42,356 nucleotides of DNA from NCBI GenBank assembly GCA_021802965.1, contig JAJZQZ010000003.1:1-42356 (forward strand), in the 5' to 3' direction. Below are positions 1 through 8,622 of this stretch, one piece after another. Below the pieces are notes generated by a model, which saw nothing but the letters and a program-made list of their open reading frames with translations, made no database searches and was not told where the DNA came from. The stretch comes from Actinomycetes bacterium (GTDB lineage: Bacteria; Actinomycetota; Thermoleophilia; RBG-16-64-13). Both the position numbers and the translations under genes were made by a program. Every line of letters starts with the position of its first letter. The first letter of the stretch is position 1.

Positions 1-874
1 CACGCAACCCAGCCGACCGTCCGTCGTCCGCGAGACGTCGACGGAGAAGCGAGTTCGCCGCCACGCCGCCCGCGACGCCGACGGCGGCCACTCTCTCCGC
101 CCTGGCAGCCGCGAGCAACTTCGTCACCAGGGCCTCCACCAGGGCGGCGCGGTACGAGGCGGCGACGTCGGCGGCACGCCCCGCCCGCTCGTCCGGCGAC
201 ATGTCGCGCAAGACGTAGTAGAGGGAGGTCTTCACCCCCGAGAAGGAGAAGTCCAGGTTCCCGCCGCGACGGAGCCCCACCGGGAAGTGGAAGGCAGAGG
301 CGTCCCCCGTCTCCGCCAGCACGTCGAGCTCCCTTCCCCCCGGATAACCAAGCCCCAGCAAGCGCGCGCCTTTGTCGAAGGCTTCGCCGGCCGCGTCGTC
401 GAGGGTCTGGCCCAGCAGGCGGAAGCTCCGCGGGGCGTCGACCCGGACCAGGGCGGTGTGTCCCCCGGACGCGACGAGGGTCACGTGAGGGAACGGGACC
501 CCCGGGTCGGCCAGCCAGACCGCGGCCAGGTGCCCGTGCAGATGGTTCACGGGGGTCAGGGGAAGCCGGCGGGACCACGCGATGGTCTTCGCGGTGTGCA
601 GGCCGACGAGGAGTGCGCCGATCAGACCGGGGCCCACCGTGACCGCGATGCGGGTGAGATCGTCCATGCCCACGCCGGCCCCCGTCATCGCCTCCCGGAT
701 TACCAGCGAGATGCGCTCCACGTGGGCGCGGCTGGCCACCTCGGGCACCACACCGCCGTATTTCTCGTGCATCGCGTCTTGGCTGTACACGAGAGATGAA
801 AGCGGCCGTCCATCCAAGCTCATCAGCGCGGCGCTGGTGTCGTCGCACGAGGTCTCTATCGCCAGGAGGGTCAT
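1..874 (-). CDS. tsaD: tRNA N6-adenosine threonylcarbamoyltransferase TsaD (partial, runs off the window start)
   Basis: Not in the ORF track. Manual translation from ATG at 874 gives MTLLAIETSCDDT..., followed by HEKYGGVVPEVASRAH, VNHLHGH, SGGHT, TLDDAAGEAFDK and FSFSGVKT. ATGA overlap with the rimI stop. Confidence 0.97.
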   Translation of the reverse strand, partial: MTLLAIETSCDDTSAALMSLDGRPLSSLVYSQDAMHEKYGGVVPEVASRAHVERISLVIREAMTGAGVGMDDLTRIAVTVGPGLIGALLVGLHTAKTIAWSRRLPLTPVNHLHGHLAAVWLADPGVPFPHVTLVASGGHTALVRVDAPRSFRLLGQTLDDAAGEAFDKGARLLGLGYPGGRELDVLAETGDASAFHFPVGLRRGGNLDFSFSGVKTSLYYVLRDMSPDERAGRAADVAASYRAALVEALVTKLLAAARAERVAAVGVAGGVAANSLLRRRLADDGRSAGLR

Positions 875-1329
875 GTCGTCGGAGACCCCCAGCGCACGAG
901 GACCAAGGCGTCCTCGCCGTTGTCCTGATAGTAGCGCCGCCGCCGCCCCGCCTCGATGAACCCCCGACTTGCGTACAGAGCGATCGCGGCCGTGTTCGTG
1001 GGCCGGACCTCGAGGGTGACGTCAGTGCCGGAGGATACACGTAGGAAATCATCGACCAATCTCGCGCCCACTCCGGTCCGCGCAAGGTCCGGCCGCACGG
1101 CTATGTCCATCACGTGCCAGATGTCGCCGTAGAACCTGGCCACGAGGTAGCCGACGACCGCCTGCTCGTGATCCACGGCGACGCGCGTGAAGCCCAGGGG
1201 GTTGTCGATCTCGGAAGCGAACGAGGCGAGAGACCACGGACACGGGAAGACCTCGAGCTCGATCCGCACCACCGCCGCAAGATCGTCGCGGTTCATCGGC
1301 CTGATGACGATAGGGGTGAGCGGCTTCAC
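871..1329 (-). CDS. rimI: Ribosomal-protein-alanine N-acetyltransferase (GNAT)
   Basis: FPCPWS, IAVRPD..RTGVG, LEVRPTNTAAIALY..RGF and RRRYYQDNGEDA motifs; canonical position between tsaB and tsaD. GTG start at 1329 chosen from the GTGA overlap with tsaB. Confidence 0.93.
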   Translation of the reverse strand: MKPLTPIVIRPMNRDDLAAVVRIELEVFPCPWSLASFASEIDNPLGFTRVAVDHEQAVVGYLVARFYGDIWHVMDIAVRPDLARTGVGARLVDDFLRVSSGTDVTLEVRPTNTAAIALYASRGFIEAGRRRRYYQDNGEDALVLVRWGSPTT

Positions 1330-2198
1330 CGCGCCCACGGGTCACGCATCCTGGTGATGTGAACGTCGGCGTCGGGGGAGCGGACGTAGAGGGGACGAAC
1401 CGCTTCCGGACTGCCGGGCGCTCCTGGATCGATAGGCGTATCGGACTCCTCGGCCCACCGCCCGCGCAGCCAGGGGAGCAGGCGCGAGCCGCCCAGACGT
1501 AAGTCGGGCTCCTCCAGCAGCCCCTGCCCACGCAATAGACTCCCGGCCGCGACGAGCCGGGGATACACCGGCAGAGGCATGTCCCCCACAAGATCGGGGT
1601 CGCCCACCAGCAGGGCACGTTCAAGGCTGCCCGGTTCCATCGAGCGCACGAGGGCCTCGGGCTCCACCGCCGAGTAGGCCTGTTCGCGGACCCACGGTCC
1701 CCGGCTGGGATCGTGGTCTCCCGAGATCCTCCGGTAGACGCCGGCGAAGAGCTGGCCTCGCCGGGCATCGACCACGGGCACGAGGCAGTCGATGCCTTCA
1801 TGGGCGACGCTGTCGACGGCAGAGGCGGCGTCCGCTGCCAGGGCGGCGAGCGTCGACACGCCCACGACCGGTATGTTCCGCGACAGAGCGAGGGCCCGCC
1901 CCGCCGCCACGCCCATGCGCACACCGGTGAAGGTGCCCGGCCCGGTCCCTACGACCACGGCCTCGAGGTCGCTCACGCCCAGCCCGGTGGCGGAGAGCAG
2001 TTGGTCCGCGAGGCTCAGCAACATGCGTGTGTGGGAACGGCCCGCTTTGACGGTGACCTCGGCCAGTGTCAGGATCGGGGCGCCCCCGTCCGAGGTCTCG
2101 GGGTCCCGGATGCAAAGTAGGGCAAGGGCGCACACGTCGGTGGACGTGTCCAGGGCCAGGACGGCGCGTCCGGCGGGTCGGGGAGCGGACCGCGTCAC
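1326..2198 (-). CDS. tsaB: tRNA threonylcarbamoyladenosine biosynthesis protein TsaB
   Basis: LALDTST, HTRMLL, VGTGPGTFTGVRMG, DARRGQLF and PLYVRSPDA motifs. GTG start overlaps the tsaE stop. Confidence 0.95.
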   Translation of the reverse strand: MTRSAPRPAGRAVLALDTSTDVCALALLCIRDPETSDGGAPILTLAEVTVKAGRSHTRMLLSLADQLLSATGLGVSDLEAVVVGTGPGTFTGVRMGVAAGRALALSRNIPVVGVSTLAALAADAASAVDSVAHEGIDCLVPVVDARRGQLFAGVYRRISGDHDPSRGPWVREQAYSAVEPEALVRSMEPGSLERALLVGDPDLVGDMPLPVYPRLVAAGSLLRGQGLLEEPDLRLGGSRLLPWLRGRWAEESDTPIDPGAPGSPEAVRPLYVRSPDADVHITRMRDPWAR

Positions 2199-2668
2199 GC
2201 GTCGCTCGCCTGCCAGCGCGTCACCTGGTCGGGCCCCGCGGCCAGCACACGCAACCGGCGCGTCGAAGGATCCACGTGCTCCAATTGCACGACCCATCCC
2301 GCCGGCCCCAAACGGTCCATCCCCGCGTCGGGCCATTCGACCAGGGTGACGGCGTCGGGCGAGACGTACTCCTCCAGGTCGAGCGTGTCCTCGTCGGCCA
2401 GGTCTTCCACTCGATAGAGATCGAGATGATGAACGGGGACCGGGCCCGCGTACACGTTGGCGATGGTGAACGAGGGGCTCCTCACGGGGTCGGTCACTCC
2501 GAGAGCGCCCGCCACCTCGCGCACGAACGCCGTCTTTCCCGCTCCCAGGGGACCGACGAGGAGCACGAGATCGCCGGGGCGGAGAGCGCGGGCGAAGCGG
2601 ACGGCCACCGCCGCAAGCCGGGCCTCGTCCACGGTCTCGTCGATCAGCGTGGTCTCACCGTCCATCAC
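2195..2668 (-). CDS. tsaE: tRNA threonylcarbamoyladenosine biosynthesis ATPase TsaE
   Basis: Walker A GPLGAGKT, SPSFTI, HLDLYR and LVEWP motifs. Confidence 0.96.
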   Translation of the reverse strand: MMDGETTLIDETVDEARLAAVAVRFARALRPGDLVLLVGPLGAGKTAFVREVAGALGVTDPVRSPSFTIANVYAGPVPVHHLDLYRVEDLADEDTLDLEEYVSPDAVTLVEWPDAGMDRLGPAGWVVQLEHVDPSTRRLRVLAAGPDQVTRWQASDA

Positions 2669-3456
2669 CAGAGGGGCAGCTGCTCGGCCGCGCCCGTTCT
2701 AGGGTGTCCGGGACCGCTCTCGTCGCTTGACGCGGAGGCGTCGTCAGGGGTAGCTGGGCGGGCCGGCGGAACGCCCGGCGCCTCCACAGGAGAGGCGTCG
2801 GGCGGCGAGGCCGGATCAGGATCGGGAGGCCGTGCGCCCGCAAGCGCCTCGACTCCACGATCGAGCAGCCGACGCAGCCGCATGAAGTCGGCCTGCAGGA
2901 CCTCTCGGTTCGCTGGAGTGTAGAGAGCGGCAGCCGGATGGAACACGGGGAACACCAGCACCGGCACGCCGGCTACCACGGTCGACTTGGCCCTTCCGCG
3001 CACGGCGCCCATGCCGGCGTCGGTCTCCGCTATCAGCCGCGTGGCAAAACGCCCCAAGGTGCATACGACTCTGGGGCGGATGGTCCTCACCTGCTCCATG
3101 AGGTGCGGGCTGCACGCGGCGATCTCGTCCGGAAGGGGGTCTCGATTCTCCGGAGGGCGGCACTTCACCACGTTGGCGATATAGACATCTTCGCGCTTCA
3201 GACCGATCGACGCGAGAAGCTCGGTGAGCAGCTTGCCGGCGGCCCCGACAAAAGGCTCCCCCTGCTTGTCTTCGTTGAAGCCCGGCCCTTCGCCGATGAA
3301 CATGAGGTCGGCCACCGGGCTGCCGACGCCGAAGACGACCTGGGTGCGCGCTCCCGAGAGACGGCACAGTCCGCACTCGCGCAGCGCCGCCGCCTGGGAA
3401 CCCAGCCGGGCCGCGGCTCCAGCTGCGTCTTTGAGCTGCTCGTCAGAGGGCGACAT
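2665..3456 (-). CDS. Uracil-DNA glycosylase family 4 (Fe-S type)
   Basis: Cxx[29 protein letters not shown]...C and FHPAAALY motifs; Pro/Ala-rich C-terminal tail. Confidence 0.93.
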   Translation of the reverse strand: MSPSDEQLKDAAGAAARLGSQAAALRECGLCRLSGARTQVVFGVGSPVADLMFIGEGPGFNEDKQGEPFVGAAGKLLTELLASIGLKREDVYIANVVKCRPPENRDPLPDEIAACSPHLMEQVRTIRPRVVCTLGRFATRLIAETDAGMGAVRGRAKSTVVAGVPVLVFPVFHPAAALYTPANREVLQADFMRLRRLLDRGVEALAGARPPDPDPASPPDASPVEAPGVPPARPATPDDASASSDESGPGHPRTGAAEQLPLW

Positions 3457-3722
3457 CAACCCTCTCGCTGCTGGGGCACGGCCGGATCCTCCGCGTCAGG
3501 TGGTCTTTCCCGGGATGTCGAGGGGCATCAGGAAGCAGAGTAACAGATACAGCGCGAGCACGATGATGTTGGACCCCGGCCCTCGGGATGGTTGCGTCGA
3601 CCCGACCCCGATGTTATTCTGCGGTCGAATGCCGTCATCTGGGATGTCTACCTTCCAGAGGCGTACCCGGGAGCACGGCACTCCGGCCGGTGGCCGTACT
3701 GTATTCCGCGCGCGAGCGCACG

Positions 3723-3761
3723 ACCGAGTCTGGTATCTGTCCCCAGAACTGGAACGGAAGG
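3723..3761 (+). promoter_or_regulatory. Candidate cis-regulatory leader hairpin plus RBS upstream of the DUF2520 operon
   Basis: AGTCTGG (3727-3733) pairs with CCAGAACT (3743-3750) with one bulged A, immediately followed by GGAACGGAAGG (SD-like GGAAGG at 3756-3761). Confidence 0.4.
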
Positions 3762-3768
3762 TCTTCTC

Positions 3769-4791
3769 ATCGTCGATCAGAATCCCCACGCTCGGGGGAT
3801 CTCTCCCTCTCCCCCTCGCTCCACCCTCGAGGCACTCCGCTTCGCCGTCATCGGCGCCGGTCGCCTGGGTACGTCGCTTGCGCTGGCGCTCCAGCAGGCC
3901 GGCGCGCAGCTCTCCGCCTACTCGTGCGCCACGTCGGCCGGGCTCCGCCGAGCGGCGGGCTTCCTCGGCGAGCTTGGCCACGCCGATATCCCCGGGATGG
4001 TAGCCGCCGGCGCCGGAACGACGCTGTACCTGGTCTGCGTGCCCGACGACGCGATCGAGCACGTGGCGGACACCCTCGCCGAGGCCCTCGCCGACGGCAC
4101 AAGCCCTGCAGCCCGGACGATCGGCGCCTCGTGGCCCCTCGCGGTCGCCCACACCAGCGGAGCCACCTCGACGGCCGCTCTCGCCGCATGCGGGCGCGCC
4201 GGCGCCTTGACCCTCGCGGTGCATCCCCTCCAGACCTTCAGCGACCCCGCCTCGGGGCCACGTCGCCTGGAGGGGACGGCGATGGCGGTGACGCCAGGGC
4301 TGCCCGAGACGGCCGGCGAGGCCTGGCTTCTCGGCGAGCGGATCGCCCACGCCGTCGGAGCACGGCCCTTCCTTCTCAAGGAAAAGGACCGCGTGCTCTA
4401 CCATGCGGCGGCCACGATCGCAAGCAACTATCTGGTCACTGTGGCCCACGTCGCGGAGGACCTGTTCACCCAGGCCGGCTTCCCCCCCGGCGAGGCTTTG
4501 CCTGCCCTCCTGCCTCTGATGCGTGGCGCCCTGGACAATCTGGCTCAGCAGGGCTCGGTCGCGGCTCTCACCGGACCGCTCAGCCGAGGCGACGTGGCCA
4601 CGGTCTCCGCCCACATCTCGGAGCTGGCCGACCGGGCTCCGGCACACCTCCCCATGTACCGCCGGCTGGGTGAGGCCACCCTGGAAATAGTGCGGTTGAG
4701 GGCGACGGTCGCTCCCGCGACCGTCGCCGCGCTCGCCGCTCTTCTCGCCGATACCCCTCTGCAGACCCTCACGAAGGAGGCCCTCCCATGA
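3769..4791 (+). CDS. Rossmann-like + DUF2520 oxidoreductase (PanG-type ketopantoate reductase candidate); start uncertain
   Basis: [50 protein letters not shown] and H...Y motifs. The ORF is open from TTG at 3592, but the RBS points to a codon near 3769. Confidence 0.88.
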   Translation: MVDQNPHARGISPSPPRSTLEALRFAVIGAGRLGTSLALALQQAGAQLSAYSCATSAGLRRAAGFLGELGHADIPGMVAAGAGTTLYLVCVPDDAIEHVADTLAEALADGTSPAARTIGASWPLAVAHTSGATSTAALAACGRAGALTLAVHPLQTFSDPASGPRRLEGTAMAVTPGLPETAGEAWLLGERIAHAVGARPFLLKEKDRVLYHAAATIASNYLVTVAHVAEDLFTQAGFPPGEALPALLPLMRGALDNLAQQGSVAALTGPLSRGDVATVSAHISELADRAPAHLPMYRRLGEATLEIVRLRATVAPATVAALAALLADTPLQTLTKEALP

Positions 4792-5300
4792 ACCCCCGCC
4801 CGGCGGTCCTTGCCCCGGCCCACCCCACGCCCGCCCGCGCCGCCGCTCCGGCGGACGAGGTGACCGGGCCGCTCACCGTGAGCACCCATCGTCTCCGCTT
4901 CTCGACCCGGGGTGAGGGCGACGTGATCAACCTCACCGACGAGCTCGGCCAGGTGTTGCGGGAGACAGGGCTCATCGCCGGCACCCTCACCGTCTTCGCC
5001 CCGGGGGCGACGGGCGCGATCACGACCCTCGAGTTCGAGCCGGGCGCGGTGCGCGACTTTCAGCGCCTGTTCGATCAGATCGTCCCCCGCGACCAGCCGT
5101 ATGCCCACAATCTGCTTCTCAGCGACGGCAACGGACACTCGCACGTGCGCGCCGGTCTGCTCGGCCCCTCGGTCACCATCCCGTTCAGTGAGGGCCGCTT
5201 GTGCTTGGGCACCTGGCAGGAGGTGGTGTTCGTGTGCTTCGACGAACGACCGCGCGAGCGAACCGTGGTGGCGCAGGTGATGGGAGTGACAGCGGTATGA
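4788..5300 (+). CDS. YjbQ/UPF0047 family protein (secondary thiamine-phosphate synthase family)
   Basis: GATGAITTLEFEP, Y.H...DGNGHSHVRA.L.G.S and LGTWQ...FD..PRER motifs; ATGA overlap with the upstream gene. Confidence 0.92.
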   Translation: MNPRPAVLAPAHPTPARAAAPADEVTGPLTVSTHRLRFSTRGEGDVINLTDELGQVLRETGLIAGTLTVFAPGATGAITTLEFEPGAVRDFQRLFDQIVPRDQPYAHNLLLSDGNGHSHVRAGLLGPSVTIPFSEGRLCLGTWQEVVFVCFDERPRERTVVAQVMGVTAV

Positions 5301-6631
5301 GCTCAGCCGCCGAAAAGACCCCTCGAGCGAACAGCGCGAAACCCGGCGCTCCGCGACTGCAACTGGCTCTCGATTTCGTCGACCTGCCGCGGGCCCTCAA
5401 GGTTGCCGAGGAGGCGGTGCTCGGCGGCGCGGACTGGCTGGAGGCCGGGACTCCGCTCATCAAGAGCGAGGGGCTGCAGGCAGTCCGGGCCCTGCGCGAC
5501 CGCTGGCCCGAACACATCGTCGTGGCCGACATGAAGACCATGGACGCCGGCCGAGCCGAGGTCGAGTACGCGGCTAAAGCGGGGGCCCGCGTGGTGGGGG
5601 TGCTGGGGCTGGCCTCCGACGCCACCATCCGCGAGTGCGTCGAAGCCGGTCGCAACTACGGAGCCGAGATCATCGTGGACATGATCGGCGTGGCCGACCC
5701 GGTCGCCCGCGCCCGGGAGGTCGAGGCCCTTGGCGCCTCCTACGTGGGCATCCACGTGGCCATCGACGAGCAGATGGCCGGCAAGACGCCCTTCGACATC
5801 CTCCGGCAGGTGGCCGCCGCGGTCTCCATCCCCGTGGCCGTCGCGGGCGGCATCAATTCCGAGACCGCCGGCGAGGCGGTCGAGGCCGGCGCAGCCATCG
5901 TCATCGTGGGCGGCGCCATCACGAAGGCCACCGATGCCACCGAGGCCACGCGCCTGATCAAGCACGCGATCGCCCACCGGGTATCGGTGAAGTCAGACTA
6001 CTTCGTCCGCGCCAGCGGGGACGATCTGCGCGAGGTGCTCCTGCGGGTCTCCGCCGCCAACGTATCCGATGCACTCCACCGCTCGGGCGACCTTCCCGGC
6101 ATCGTCGCTCGAACGCCGGGCGCCAAGATGGTCGGACGGGCCGTGACGGTCCGCACCTATCCCGGTGACTGGGCAAAACCGGTGGAGGCCATCGACGTCG
6201 CCGAGGAAGGCGACGTGATCGTCATCGACGCCGGCGGCGTGCTGCCCGCGGTGTGGGGCGAGCTGGCGACGAACTCAGCGATCCAAAGAGGCTTGGCGGG
6301 CGTCGTCATCGCCGGAGCTGCCCGTGACACGGGCGATATCCGCGAGCTGGGTTTTCCGCTCTTTTCCTCCCACGTCACGCCCACTGCCGGCGAGCCCAAG
6401 GGTTTCGGCGAGATCGGCGTGCCCATCCGCATCGGAGGGGTGACGGTGTCGCCGGGCGACTGGATCGTCGGCGACGACGACGGGGTCTGCGTCATACCCA
6501 AGGAGAAAGCGGTCGAGTACACCAATCGGGCGATGGACGTCCTCGAACGAGAGAACCGGCTGCGGGGCGAGATCCTGGAGGGCAGCACGCTGAGCCAGGT
6601 CGCCTACCTCCTCAAGTGGGAGAAGAAGTAG
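5297..6631 (+). CDS. Bifunctional 3-hexulose-6-phosphate synthase / RraA (HMG-aldolase-like) fusion protein
   Basis: N-terminal HPS/KGPDC barrel: LQLALD, WLEAGTPLIKSEG, ADMKTMDAG..E, VAGGI, IVGGAIT. C-terminal RraA fold: NVSDAL, GRAVTV, AVWGELA, GAARD, PGDWIVGDDDGVCVIP. ATG at 5297 overlaps the yjbQ stop. Confidence 0.92.
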   Translation: MSSAAEKTPRANSAKPGAPRLQLALDFVDLPRALKVAEEAVLGGADWLEAGTPLIKSEGLQAVRALRDRWPEHIVVADMKTMDAGRAEVEYAAKAGARVVGVLGLASDATIRECVEAGRNYGAEIIVDMIGVADPVARAREVEALGASYVGIHVAIDEQMAGKTPFDILRQVAAAVSIPVAVAGGINSETAGEAVEAGAAIVIVGGAITKATDATEATRLIKHAIAHRVSVKSDYFVRASGDDLREVLLRVSAANVSDALHRSGDLPGIVARTPGAKMVGRAVTVRTYPGDWAKPVEAIDVAEEGDVIVIDAGGVLPAVWGELATNSAIQRGLAGVVIAGAARDTGDIRELGFPLFSSHVTPTAGEPKGFGEIGVPIRIGGVTVSPGDWIVGDDDGVCVIPKEKAVEYTNRAMDVLERENRLRGEILEGSTLSQVAYLLKWEKK

Positions 6632-6635
6632 CCCC

Positions 6636-7535
6636 CTAGGGCACCTTGACGAGCACGTTGTCGATGAGCCGTGTCGCGCCGAAGAACACCGCGGCGGCCA
6701 CGACGACCTCGCCTCTGACGACCTGCGGCTCTCTGAGGTCGTCCGCGGATACGACCTCGACGTAATCCACGCGGTCCGGGGGATCCTCGGCCAGGACCTT
6801 CAGGGCCGCGTCCTTGACAGCCCCGGCGTCGCGCTCACCCGACTCGAGGGCGTGTTGCGCAGCCCGGAGCGCCCGGTTCAGGATGGGAGCCCTCGCCCGC
6901 TGCTGCGGGGTGAGGTAGGCGTTGCGTGAGCTCATGGCCACGCCGTCGGCGTCGCGCACGATGGGGCATACGACCACCTCCACGCCCAGATCGAGGTCTG
7001 CGGCCATCCGACGGACGATCAGGGCCTGCTGGGCGTCCTTCTGCCCGAAGTAGGCGCGGTCCGGTCGACAGAGCGCGAACAGCTTGGTCACCACCGTCGC
7101 CACCCCGCGGAAGTGCCCAGGCCGGGCTCGTCCACACAGCACCTCCGACAAGCCCTCGACGTCGACCCAGGTGCAATGCCCCGGCGCGTACATCTCCTCT
7201 GCCGACGGGTGGAAGACGAGGTCCACTCCCTCGCCCGCCGCCAAGGAGAGGTCGCGATCCAGGTCGCGCGGGTAGCGGTCCAGGTCCTCGGCCGGGCCGA
7301 ACTGGGTGGGGTTGACGAAGATGGACATCACCACCAGGTCGTTCTCGACGCGCGCCCGCCGCGCGAGCGATAGGTGGCCCTCGTGCAGGAACCCCATGGT
7401 CGGCACCAGTCCGACCGAAAAAGGGCGGCCCTGGGCGATGCCGGCCACCCGGGCCGCCTCGAGCCGGGCCCGAAGGCCGTCCTTGCTCTCCACGACCTCG
7501 GGAAGCGACGCCGTCCCTTCGGGTGCGACCGTCAT
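6636..7535 (-). CDS. panC: Pantoate--beta-alanine ligase
   Basis: VPTMGFLHEGHLSL, SIFVNPTQF, RPGHFRGVATVV, FGQKDAQQ, MSSRN and TRLIDN motifs. True start taken as ATG 7535 within the longer 641-aa ORF. Confidence 0.97.
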   Translation of the reverse strand: MTVAPEGTASLPEVVESKDGLRARLEAARVAGIAQGRPFSVGLVPTMGFLHEGHLSLARRARVENDLVVMSIFVNPTQFGPAEDLDRYPRDLDRDLSLAAGEGVDLVFHPSAEEMYAPGHCTWVDVEGLSEVLCGRARPGHFRGVATVVTKLFALCRPDRAYFGQKDAQQALIVRRMAADLDLGVEVVVCPIVRDADGVAMSSRNAYLTPQQRARAPILNRALRAAQHALESGERDAGAVKDAALKVLAEDPPDRVDYVEVVSADDLREPQVVRGEVVVAAAVFFGATRLIDNVLVKVP

Positions 7536-7549
7536 GCCGTCTTCACCGA

Positions 7550-8542
7550 CTACAGATCCTCGAGGGCGGGGGCACCGTGCAGACTCCAGGCACAGCGGAC
7601 CGCGCGCCGGATAGAGCTCGCGACGGCATCGGCCGCCGCGCAGCCCAGCTGGAAGACGGTCACCGGCCGAAGGCCGGCGGAGAGGACGAACACCGCGTCG
7701 CCATCGATCGGGGTGTGGACGGGGCTGATCGCCCGGGCAAGCCCATCGTGCGCCATCCGCGCCACCTGACCGCACTGAGTCTTGTCCAGACGGGCGTCGG
7801 TGGCCACCACGGACAAGGTGGTGTGCTCGGCGCGAGCGTCGAAGCGGGGATGGTCCGAGACCGTCAGAACATAGGCATGGCTGTCGAGGAATCGCCCGTC
7901 GCGAACGGCGGCTCCCTCCCTGACCTCCTCGGGGCCCAGCCCGCCCGTGCGCGCCCCGGCCAGGATGGATCCATCCTCCGCCAGCACATCGCCGAACGCG
8001 TTGCAGACGGTCATGGCGGTGACGGTGACGCCACCCGGAAGAGCGACGCTGGCGACGCCGAAGCCGGACTTCATCCAGCCCTCCTCGCCCAGCATCTTGC
8101 CGACCGTCGCACCCGTTCCCACGCCCACCGACCCCTCCTCCACGGAGGCCGCCGCGGCCGCTGCCGCCCGATATCCGTCCTCGGCCCGGGGACGGCTCGT
8201 CGCATGGCCGAGTCCGAGATCGTAGATGACAGCGGCCGGGACCAGCGGGATCCGCCCGAAGGGGGTCTGGTAGCCGAAGCCCCGCTCCTCGAGATAGCGG
8301 ACCACGCCGTCGGCGGCGGCCAGGCCGAAAGCGCTCCCGCCGGCGAGCACCACCGCGTGAAGCTCGTTGACCGACGAGAACGGCGAGAGCAGATCCGTCT
8401 CGCGTGTCCCGGGTCCGCCGCCGCGCACTTCGAGGGACCCGACCACGCCGCGGGGAGCCACGACCACGGTGCAGCCGGTCCCGCCCACCGCGTCGGTGGC
8501 ATGCCCGACCAAGATCCCCTCGACCCCGATGAGGGCACTCAT
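7550..8542 (-). CDS. P1/S58 family (DmpA/ArgJ-like, ThnT-like) self-processing hydrolase
   Basis: VGHAT..GTGCTV, RGGGPGTRETDLL, GGSAFGL.AADGV, GSVGVGTGA, HTTLSVVATDA, AHDGLARAI.P.HT..DGD motifs. Confidence 0.92.
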   Translation of the reverse strand: MSALIGVEGILVGHATDAVGGTGCTVVVAPRGVVGSLEVRGGGPGTRETDLLSPFSSVNELHAVVLAGGSAFGLAAADGVVRYLEERGFGYQTPFGRIPLVPAAVIYDLGLGHATSRPRAEDGYRAAAAAAASVEEGSVGVGTGATVGKMLGEEGWMKSGFGVASVALPGGVTVTAMTVCNAFGDVLAEDGSILAGARTGGLGPEEVREGAAVRDGRFLDSHAYVLTVSDHPRFDARAEHTTLSVVATDARLDKTQCGQVARMAHDGLARAISPVHTPIDGDAVFVLSAGLRPVTVFQLGCAAADAVASSIRRAVRCAWSLHGAPALEDL

Positions 8543-8622
8543 CCCGGCGACCCTCCGCCACGAGGGGCGCTCATCGGAGGTGCCTGGCCCGCTGGTCGCG
8601 GAGCATCACTCTTCAGCACCGG

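Noticed and set aside
6636-8561. Apparent 641-aa PanC fusion
   Set aside because: The N-terminal ~340 aa is an off-frame reading of the P1 hydrolase gene; PanC motifs begin only after ATG 7535.
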